DNA of 64,000 bases from Antedon mediterranea (lineage: Eukaryota > Animalia > Echinodermata), in contig NW_027306095.1 in NCBI RefSeq assembly GCF_964355755.1, positions 62,001-126,000 on the forward strand, given 5' to 3'. Made by a program: the position numbers and the translations under genes. This document shows, piece by piece, positions 1 through 10,700 of the stretch. The notes under the pieces were generated by a model. It was not told where the DNA came from. It saw only the letters and a program-made list of their open reading frames with translations, and searched no databases. Every line of letters begins with the position of its first letter. The stretch's first letter is position 1.

Positions 1-2160
1 ACTTTTCACAAAAACACATCAAAGTGCACAAAATAGCTTCAAATCGCATTTGCAGACGTTTTAGACCATTTTGTGCATTTCGATGAAACTTTTCACACAA
101 AAACATCAAAGTGCACAAAATTGCTTCAAATCGCATTTGGAGACGTTTTAGACCATTTTGAGCATTTCGATGAAACTTTTCATACAAAAACATCAAAGTG
201 CACAAAATAGCTTCAAATCGCATTTGCAGACGTTTTAGACCATTTTGTGCATTTCGATGAAACTTTTCACACAAAAACATCAAAGTGCACAAAATTTCTT
301 CAAATCGCATTTGGAGACGTTTTAGACCATTTTTAGCATTTCGATGAAACTTTTCACACAAAAACGACAAAGTGCACAAAATAGCTTCAAATCGCATTTA
401 GAGCCGTTTTAGACCATTTTGTGCATTTCGATGAAACTTTTCACAAAAAAACATCAAAGTGCACAAAATAGCTTCAAATCGCATTTAGAGACGTTTTAGA
501 CCATTTTGTGCATTTCGATGAAACTTTTCACACAAAAACATCAAAGTGCACAAAATAGCTTCAAATCGCATTTAGAGACGTTTTAGACCATTTTGTGCAT
601 TTCGATGAAACTTTTCAGAAAAAAACATCAAAGTGCACAAAATAGCTTCAAATCGCATTTGGAGACGTTTTAGACCATTTTGAGCATTTCGATGAAACTT
701 TTCACACAAAAACGACAAAGTGCACAAAATAGCTTCAAATCGCATTTAGAGACGTTTTAGACCATTTTGTGCATTTCGATGAAACTTTTCACACAAAAAC
801 ATCAAAGTGCACAAAATAGCTTCAAATCGCATTTAGAGACGTTTTAGACCATGTTGTGCTTTTCGAAAAAACTTGATTACACAAAAATATCAAAGTGCTT
901 AAAATCACATTTGAAACCGTTTTAGACAATTTTGAGCATTTCGATAAAACTTTTCACACAAAACATTAAAAGTGCACAAAATAGCAAACTTTTTACAAAA
1001 AAAAAATTAAAGTGCACAAAAGAGCTCCAAATGGCATTTGGAGACGTTTTAGAACATTTTGTGCATTTCGAAAAAACTTTACACTCAAAAACATCAAAGT
1101 GCATACAATAGCTTAATATCGTATTTGGAGACGTTTTAGACAATTTTGTGCATTTCGATGAAACTTTTCACACAAAAACATCAAAGTGCACAAAATAGCT
1201 TCAAATCGCATTTGCAGACGTTTTAAACCATTTTGTGCATTTCGATGAAACTTGATTACACAAAAACATCAAAGTGCTTAAAATCACATTTGAAACCGTT
1301 TTAGACCATTTTGAGCATTTCGATAAAACTTTTCACACAAAACATCAAAGTGCACAAAATAACTTCAAATCGCAATTGGAGACGTTTTAGACCATTTTGT
1401 GCATTTCGAAAAAACTTTTCACACAAAAACGACAAAGTGCACAAAATAGCTTCAAATCGCATTTAGAGACGTTTTAGACAATTTTGTACATTTCGATGAA
1501 ACTGGATTACACAAAACATCAAAGTGCACAAAATAGCTTCAAATCGCATTTGCAGACGTTTTAGACCATTTTGTGCATTTCGATGAAACTTTTCACACAA
1601 AAACATCAAAGTGCACAAAATTGCTTCAAATCGTATTTAGAGACGTTTTAGACCATTTTGAGCATTTGGATGAAACTTTTCACACAAAAACGACAAAGTG
1701 CACAAAATAGCTTCAAATCGCATTTAGAGACGTTTTAGACCATTTTGTGCATTTCGATGAAACTTTTCACAAAAAAACATCAAAGTGCACAAAATAGCTT
1801 CAAATCGCATTTAGAGACGTTTTAGACCATTTTGTGCATTTCGATGAAACTTTTCACACAAAAACATCAAAGTGCACAAAATAGCTTCAAATCGCATTTA
1901 GAGACGTTTTAGACCATTTTGAGCATTTCGATGAAACTTTTCACACAAAAACGACAAAGTGCACAAAATATCTTCAAATCGCATTTAGAGACGTTTTAGA
2001 CCATTTTGTGCATTTCGATGAAACTTTTTACACAAAAACATCAAAGTGCACAAAATAGCTTCAAATCGCATTTAGAGACGTTTTAGACCATTTTGTGCAT
2101 TTCGATGAAACTTTTCACACAAAAACATCAAAGTGCACAAAATAGCTTCAAATCGCATTT

Positions 2161-2640
2161 GGAGACGTTTTAGACCATGTTGTGCATTTCGAAAAAACTT
2201 GATTACACAAAAATATCAAAGTGCTTAAAATCACATTTGAAACCGTTTTAGACAATTTTGAGCATTTCGATAAAACTTTTCACACAAAACATTAAAGTGC
2301 ACAAAATAGCAAACTTTTTACACAAAACATCAAAGTGCACAAAAGAGCTCCAAATCGCATTGGGAGACGTTTTAGACCATTTTGTGCATTTCGAAAAAAC
2401 TTTTCACTAAAAAACATCAAAGTGCATACAATAGCTTAATATCGTATTTGGAGACGTTTTAGACAATTTTGTGCATTTCGATGAAACTTTTCACACAAAA
2501 ACATCAAAGTGCACAAAATAGCTTCAAATCGCATTTGCAGACGTTTTAAACCATTTTGTGCATTTCGATGAAACTTGATTACACAAAAACATCAAAGTGC
2601 TTAAAATCACATTTGAAACCGTTTTAGACCATTTTGAGAA
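2161..2640 (+). repeat. Example of the recurring higher-order cassette of variant monomers
   Basis: Ordered variants ACCATGTTG, CTTGATTACAC, GTGCTTAAAATCACATTTGAAACCG (10-bp-deleted unit), a 38-bp truncated unit (2297-2334), AGAGCTCC, GCATACAATAGCTTAATATCGTAT and TTTTAAACC. The set recurs roughly 30 times, wholly or partly, in both orientations. Confidence 0.85.
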
Positions 2641-3154
2641 TTTCGATAAAACTTTACACACAAAAACATCAAAGTGCACAAAATAGCTTCAAATCGCATT
2701 TAGAGACGTTTTAGACCATTTTGTGTATTTCGATGAAACTTTTCACACAAAAACATCAAAGTGCACAAAATAGCTTCAAATCGCATTTGGAGACGTTTTA
2801 GACCATGTTGTGCATTTCGAAAAAACTTGATTACACAAAAATATCAAAGTGCTTAAAATCACATTTGAAACCGTTTTAGACAATTTTGAGCATTTCGATA
2901 AAACTTTTCACACAAAACATTAAAGTGCACAAAATAGCAAACTTTTTACACAAAACATTAAAGTGCACAAAAAAGCTCCAAATCGCATTGGGAGACGTTT
3001 TAGACCATTTTGTGCATTTCGAAAAAACTTTTCACTCAAAAACATCAAAGTGCATACAATAGCTTAATATCGTATTTGGAGACGTTTTAGACAATTTTGT
3101 GCATTTCGATGAAACTTTTCACACAAAAACATCAAAGTGCACAAAATAGCTTCA

Positions 3155-3525
3155 TTCATTCATTCTTTCTTGGAGATCCAAGAAACATTTATTATATATG
3201 GCCTTTGGCCCAAATAATATACAATGTAATACATGTTAAATAAATATCAGTTGAGTGCGTTTAAAAATTCTGTTCTACGTTTAAATGAAAAAAATAAATA
3301 TTTTCCAAGTTTAACAATAAGATCAGTATTTGTGGCAGACATAAGATGAATATATTTTAATTTAGTTGGGTTGTTTGTATAAAAGGAAAACATAAATTTA
3401 GTTCTAATATCTGAATAAAATGGACAAACTAAAGTGAAATGATATTCATCTTCAATTGATTGTAAAGCACATAATTTGCATAATCTTTCATTTTTATTTA
3501 TACAATTCCATCTTCCTTTTTCAAT
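3155..3525 (-). mobile_element. 5'-truncated non-LTR retrotransposon (LINE) 3' end, CR1/L2-group-like; copy 1
   Basis: 371 bp of non-satellite sequence flanked by TTCA at 3151-3154 and 3526-3529. The minus strand encodes EIEKGRW...ERLCKLC...EDEYHFTLVCPFY (CCHC-type motif typical of LINE ORF2 C-termini). It is followed by TGA (3247-3249), a ~92-nt 3' UTR with AATAAA (3188-3193), a stem-loop and a (GAAT)n tail. The clade is inferred from motif recall, not from a search. Confidence 0.88.
3247..3525 (-). pseudogene. C-terminal fragment of LINE ORF2 (zinc-knuckle region); no RT or endonuclease domain
   Basis: ORF 3247-3537. Its first codons (MRF) come from the satellite monomer, so the ATG is not the element's own. 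Contains C-x2-C...H-x4-C (CKLC...HFTLVC). Confidence 0.8.
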
Positions 3526-6500
3526 TTCAAATCGCATTTGCAGACGTTTTAAACCATTTTGTGCATTTCGATGAAACTTGATTACACAAAAACATCAAAG
3601 TGTTTAAATCTCATTTGAAACCGTTTTAGACCATTTTGAGAATTTCGATAAAACTTTTCACACAAAACATTAAAGTGCACAAAATAGCTTTAAATCGCAT
3701 TTGCAGACGTTTTAGACCATTTTGTGCATTTCGATGAAACTTGATTACACAAAAATATCAAAGTGCTTAAAATCACATTTGAAACCGTTTTAGACCATTT
3801 TGAGCATTTCGATAAAACTTTTCACACAAAACATCAAAGTGCACAAAATAACTTCAAATCGCAATTGGAGAAGTTTTAGACCATTTTGTGCATTTCGAAA
3901 AAACTTTTCACACAAAAACGACAAAGTGCACAAAATAGCTTCAAATCACATTTTGCAGACGTTTTAGACCATTTTGTGCATTTCGATGAAACTTTTCACA
4001 CAAAAACATCAAAGTGCACAAAATTGCTTCAAATCGCATTTGGAGACGTTTTAGACCATTTTGAGCATTTCGATGAAACTTTTCACACAAAAACGACAAA
4101 GTGCACAAAATAGCTTCAAATCGCATTTAGAGACGTTTTAGACAATTTTGTGCATTTCGATGAAACTTTTCACAAAAAAACATCAAAGTGCACAAAATAG
4201 CTTCAAATCGCATTTAGAGACGTTTTAGACCATTTTGTGCATTTCGATGAAACTTTTCACAAAAAAACATCAAAGTGCACAAAATAGCTTCAAATCGCAT
4301 TTAGAGACGTTTTAGACCATTTTGTGCATTTCGATGAAACTTTTCACACAAAAACATCAAAGTGCACAAAATAGCTTCAAATCGCATTTAGAGACGTTTT
4401 AGACCATTTTGTGCATTTCGATGAAACTTTTCACAAAAAAACATCAAAGTGCACAAAATAGCTTCAAATCGCATTTGGAGACGTTTTAGACCATTTTGAG
4501 CATTTCGATGAAACTTGATTACACAAAAATATCAAAGTGCTTAAAATCACATTTGAAACCGTTTTAGACCATTTTGAGCATTTCGATAAAACTTTTCACA
4601 CAAAACATCAAAGTGCACAAAATAACTTCAAATCGCATTTGGAGACGTTTTAGACCATTTTGTGCATTTCGAATAAACTTTTCACACAAAAACATCAAAG
4701 TGCACAAAATAGCTTCAAATCGCATTTGGAGACGTTTTAGACCATGTTGTGCATTTCGAAAAAACTTGATTACACAAAAATATCAAAGTGCTTAAAATCA
4801 CATTTGAAACCGTTTTAGACAATTTTGAGCATTTCGATAAAACTTTTCACACAAAACATTAAAGTGCACAAAATAGCAAACTTTTTACACAAAACATCAA
4901 AGTGCACAAAAGAGCTCCAAATCGCATTTGGAGACGTTTTAGACCATTTTGTGCATTTCGAAAAAACTTTTCACTAAAAAACATCAAAGTGCATACAATA
5001 GCTTAATATCGTATTTGGAGACGTTTTAGACAATTTTGTGCATTTCGATGAAACTTTTCACACAAAAACATCAAAGTGCACAAAATAGCTTCAAATCGCA
5101 TTTGCAGACGTTTTAAACCATTTAGTGCATTTCGATGAAACTTGATTACACAAAAACATCAAAGTGCTTAAAATCACATTTGAAACCGTTTTAGACCATT
5201 TTGAGAATTTCGATAAAACTTTTCACACAAAACATTAAAGTGCACAAAATAGCTTTAAATCGCATTTGCAGACGTTTTAGACCATTTTGTGCATTTCGAT
5301 GAAACTTGATTACACAAAAATATCAAAGTGCTTAAAATCACATTTGAAACCGTTTTAGACCATTTTGAGCATTTCGATAAAACTTTTCACACAAAACATC
5401 AAAGTGCACAAAATAACTTCAAATCGCAATTGGAGACGTTTTAGACCATTTTGTGCATTTCGATGAAACTTTTCACACAAAAACGACAAAGTGCACAAAA
5501 TAGCTTCAAATCGCATTTAGAGACGTTTTAGACAATTTTGTACATTTCGATGAAACTGGATTACACAAAACATCAAAGTGCACAAAATAGCTTCAAATCG
5601 CATTTGGAGACGTTTTAGACCATTTTGTGCATTTCGAAAAAACTTTTCACACAAAAACGACAAAGTGCACAAAATAGCTTCAAATCGCATTTGCAGACGT
5701 TTTAGACCATTTTGTGCATTTCGATGAAACTTTTCACACAAAAACATCAAAGTGCACAAAATTGCTTCAAATCGCATTTGGAGACGTTTTAGACCATTTT
5801 GAGCATTTCGATGAAACTTTTCACACAAAAACGAAAAAGTGCACAAAATAGCTTCAAATCGCATTTAGAGACGTTTTAGACAATTTTGTGCCTTTCGATG
5901 AAACTTTTCACAAAAAAACATCAAAGTGCACAAAATAGCTTCAAATCGCATTTGCAGACGTTTTAGACCATTTTGTGCATTTCGATGAAACTTTTCACAC
6001 AAAAACATCAAAGTGCACAAAATTGCTTCAAATCGCATTTGGAGACGTTTTAGACCATTTTGAGCATTTCGATGAAACTTTTCACACAAAAACGACAAAG
6101 TGCACAAAATAGCTTCAAATCGCATTTAGAGACGTTTTAGACCATTTTGTGCATTTCGATGAAACTTTTCACAAAAAAACATCAAAGTGCACAAAATAGC
6201 TTCAAATCGCATTTGGAGACGTTTTAGACCATGTTGTGCATTTCGAAAAAACTTGATTACACAAAAATTAAAATATCAAAGTGCTTAAAATCACATTTGA
6301 AACCGTTTTAGACTATTTTGAGCATTTCGATAAAACTTTTCACACAAAACATTAAAGTGCACAAAATAGCAAACTTTTTACACAAAAAAAAATTAAAGTG
6401 CACAAAAGAGCTCCAAATCGCATTTGGAGACGTTTTAGACCATTTTGTGCATTTCGAAAAAACTTTTCACTCAAAAACATCAAAGTGCATACAATAGCTT

Positions 6501-7704
6501 AATATCGTATTTGGAGACGTTTTAGACAATTTTGTGCATTTCGATGAAACTTTTCACACAAAAACATCAAAGTGCACAAAATAGCTTCAAATCGCATTTG
6601 CAGACGTTTTAAACCATTTTGTGCATTTCGATGAAACTTGAATACACAAAAACATCAAAGTGCTTAAAATCACATTTGAAACCGTTTTAGACCATTTTGA
6701 GAATTTCGATAAAACTTTTCACACAAAACATTAAAGTGCACAAAATAGCTTCAAATCGCATTTGCAGACGTTTTAGACCATTTTGTGCATTTCGATGAAA
6801 CTTGAATACACAAAAATATCAAAGTGCTTAAAATCACATTTGAAACCGTTTTAGACCATTTTGAGCATTTCGATAAAACTTTTCACACAAAACATCAAAG
6901 TGCACAAAATAACTTCAAATCGCAATTGGAGACGTTTTAGACCATTTTGTGCATTTCGAAAAAACTTTTCACACAAAAACGACAAAGTGCACAAAATAGC
7001 TTCAAATCGCATTTAGAGACGTTTTAGACAATTTTGTACATTTCGATGAAACTGGATTACACAAAACATCAAAGTGCACAAAATAGCTTCAAATCGCATT
7101 TGCAGACGTTTTAGACCATTTTGTGCATTTCGATGAAACTTTTCACACAAAAACATCAAAGTGCACAAAATTGCTTCAAATCGCATTTGGAGACGTTTTA
7201 GACCATTTTGAGCATTTCGATGAAACTTTTCACACAAAAACGACAAAGTGCACAAAATAGCTTCAAATCGCATTTAGAGACGTTTTAGACCATTTTGTGC
7301 ATTTCGATGAAACTTTTCACAAAAAAACATCAAAGTGCACAAAATAGCTTCAAATCGCATTTAGAGACGTTTTAGACCATTTTGTGCATTTCGATGAAAC
7401 TTTTCACACAAAAACATCAAAGTGCACAAAATAGCTTCAAATCGCATTTAGAGACGTTTTAGACCATTTTGAGCATTTCGATGAAATTTTCACACAAAAA
7501 CGACAAAGTGCACAAAATAGCTTCAAATCGCATTTAGAGACGTTTTAGACCATTTTGTGCATTTCGATGAAACTTTTCACACAAAAACATCAAAGTGCAC
7601 AAAATAGCTTCAAATCGCATTTAGAGACGTTTTAGACCATTTTGTGCATTTCGATGAAACTTTTCACACAAAAACATCAAAGTGCACAAAATAGCTTCAA
7701 ATCG

Positions 7705-10700
7705 TCGTTTTTGTGTGAAAAGTTTCATCGAAATGCACAAAATGGTCTAAAACGTCTTCAATTGCGATTTGAAGTTATTTTGTGCACTTTGATGTTTTGT
7801 GTGAAAAGTTTTATCGAAATGCTCAAAATGGTCTAAAACGGTTTCAAATGTGATTTTAAGCACTCTGATATTTTTGTGTAATCAAGTTTCATCGAAATGC
7901 ACAAAATGGTCTAAAACGTCTGCAAATGCGATTTGAAGCTATTTTGTGCACTTTGATGTTTTTGTGTGAAAAGTTTCATCGAAATGCACAAAATTGTCTA
8001 AAACGTCTCCAAATACGATATTAAGCTATTGTATGCACTTTAATATTTTTGAGTGAAAAGTTTTTTCGAAATGCACAAAATGGTCTAAAACGTCTCCAAA
8101 TGCGATTTGAAGCTATTTTGTGCACTTTGATGTTTTTTTCTGAAAAGTTTCATCGAAATGCACAAAATGGTCTAAAACGTCTGCAAATGCGATTTGAAGC
8201 TATTTTGGGCACTTTGTCGTTTTTGTGTGAAAAGTTTTTTCGAAATGCACAAAATGGTCTAAAACGACTCCAAATGCGATTTGAAGCAATTTTGTGCACT
8301 TTGATGTTTTGTGTAATCCAGTTTCATCGAAATGTACAAAATTGTCTAAAACGTCTCTAAATTCGATTTGAAGCTATTTTGTGCACTTTGTCGTTTTTGT
8401 GTGAAAAGTTTCATCGAAATGCACAAAATGGTCTAAAACGTCTCCAATTGCGATTTGAAGCAATTTTGTGCACTTTGATGTTTTGTGTAATCCAGTTTCA
8501 TCGAAATGTACAAAATTGTCTAAAACGTCTCTAAATGCGATTTGAAGCTATTTTGTGCACTTTGTCGTTTTTGTGTGAAAAGTTTCATCGAAATGCACAA
8601 AATGGTCTAAAACGTCTCCAATTGCAATTTGAAGTTATTTTGTGCACTTTGATGTTTTGTGTTAAAGTTTTATTGAAATGCTCAAAATGGTCTAAAACGG
8701 TTTCAAATGTGATTTTAAGCACTTTGATATTTTTGTGTAATCAAGTTTCATCGAAATGCACAAAATGGTCTAAAACGTCTGCAAATGCGATTTAAAGCTA
8801 TTTTGTGCACTTTAATGTTTTGTGTGAAAAGTTTTATCGAAATTCTCAAAATAGTATAAAACGGTTTCAAATGTGATTTTAAGCACTTTGATGTTTTTGT
8901 GTAATCAAGTTTTTTCGAAATGCACAACATGGTCTAAAACGTCTCCAAATGCGATTTGAAGCTATTTTGTGCACTTTCATGTTTTTGTGTGAAAAGTTTC
9001 ATCGAATTGCACAAAATGGTCTAAAACGTCTCTAAATGCGATTTGAAGCTATTTTGTGCACTTTGATGTTTTTGTGTGAAAAGTTTCATCGAAATGCACA
9101 AAATGGTTTAAAACGTCTCTAAATGCGATTTGAAGCTATTTTGTGCACTTTGTCGTTTTTGTGTGAAAAGTTTCATCGAAATGCACAAAATGGTCTAAAA
9201 CGTCTCTAAATGCGATTTGAAGCTATTTTGTGCACTTTGTCGTTTTTGTGTGAAAAGTTTCATCGAAATGCTCAAAATGGTCTAAAACGTCTCCAAATGC
9301 GATTTGAAGCAATTTTGTGCACTTTGATGTTTTTGTGTGAAAAGTTTCATCGAAATGCACAAAATGGTCTAAAACGTCTCTAAATGCGATTTGAAGCTAT
9401 TTTGTGCACTTTGATGTTTTTTTGTGAAAAGTTTCATCGAAATGCACAAAATGGTCTAAAACGTCTCTAAATGCGATTTGAAGCTATTTTGTGCACTTTG
9501 TCTTTTTGGTGTGAAAAGTTTCATCGAAATGCTCAAAATGGTCTAAAACGTCTCCAAATGCGATTTGAAGCAATTTTGTGCACTTTGATGTTTTTGTGTG
9601 AAAAGTTTCATCGAAATGCACAAAATGGTCTAAAACGTCTGCAAATGCGATTTGAAGCTATTTTGTGCACTTTGATTTTTTTTTTGTCAAAAGTTTCATC
9701 GAAAGGCACAAAATTGTCTAAAACGTCTCTAAATGCGATTTGAAGCTATTTTGTGCACTTTGTCGTTTTTGTGTGAAAAGTTTCATCGAAATTCTCAAAA
9801 TGGTCTAAAACGTCTCCAAATGCGATTTGAAGCAATTTTGTGCACTTTGATGTTTTTGTGTGAAAAGTTTCATCGAAATGCACAAAATGGTCTAAAACGT
9901 CTGCAAATGCGATTTGAAGCTATTTTGTGCACTTTGTCGTTTTTGTGTGAAAAGTTTTTTCGAAATGCACAAAATGGTCTAAAACGTCTCCAAATGCGAT
10001 TTGAAGCAATTTTGTGCACTTTGATGTTTTGTGTAATCCAGTTTCATCGAAATGTACAAAATTGTCTAAAACGTCTCTGAATGCGATTTGAAGCTATTTT
10101 GTGCACTTTGTCGTTTTTGTGTGAAAAGTTTTTTCGAAATGCACAAAATGGTCTAAAACGTCTCCAAATGCGATGTGAAGCAATTTTGTGCACTTTGATG
10201 TTTTGTGTAATCCAGTTTCATCGAAATGTACAAAATTGTCTAAAACGTCTCTAAATGCGATTTGAAGCTATTTTGTGCACTTTGTCGTTTTTGTGTGAAA
10301 AGTTTTTTCGAAATGCACAAAATGGTCTAAAACGTCTCCAATTGCGATTTGAAGCTATTTTGTGCACTTTGATGTTTTTGTGTGAAAAGTTTCATCGAAA
10401 TGCACAAAATGGTCTAAAACGTCTCTAAATGCGATTTGAAGCTATTTTGTGCACTTTGATGTTTTTGTGTGAAAAGTTTCATCGAAATGCACAAAATGGT
10501 CTAAAACGTCTCTAAATGCGATTTGAAGCTATTTTGTGCACTTTGTCGTTTTTGTGTGAAAAGTTTCATCGAAATGCTCAAAATGGTCTCAAACGTCTCT
10601 AAATGCAATTTGAAGCTATTTTGTGCACTTTGATGTTTTTGTGTGAAAAGTTTCATCGAAATGCACAAAATGGTCTAAAACGTCTCTAAATGCGATTTGA

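Larger units (their letters stand above)
1..7704 (+). repeat. 87-bp satellite array, block 1 (orientation A), interrupted by a LINE fragment at 3155-3525
   Basis: Tandem 87-bp units (e.g. 1-87, 88-174), most carrying one GTGCAC. Orientation A ends at ...GCTTCAAATCG (7704). The array runs off the window start. Confidence 0.98.

Noticed and set aside
1-87. Assignment to a named satellite family or species
   Set aside because: The LINE motif and composition are compatible with an invertebrate (e.g. mollusc) genome, but I cannot identify the monomer without a database search.
1491-1507. CENP-B-box-like motif TTTCGATGAAACTGGAT in one monomer variant
   Set aside because: It matches only 7 of the 9 essential positions (TTCG....A..CGGG), lacks the second CpG and occurs in a minority variant. 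A chance match is plausible.
3247-3537. 96-aa ORF as an intact zinc-finger gene or functional satellite-LINE fusion
   Set aside because: The ATG comes from the satellite and the rest is a truncated retroelement C-terminus. There is no promoter or expression evidence.
6261-6280. 6-bp insertion (ACAAAAATTAAAATATCAAA)
   Set aside because: A local slippage duplication in a single monomer, with no sign of a transposon footprint.
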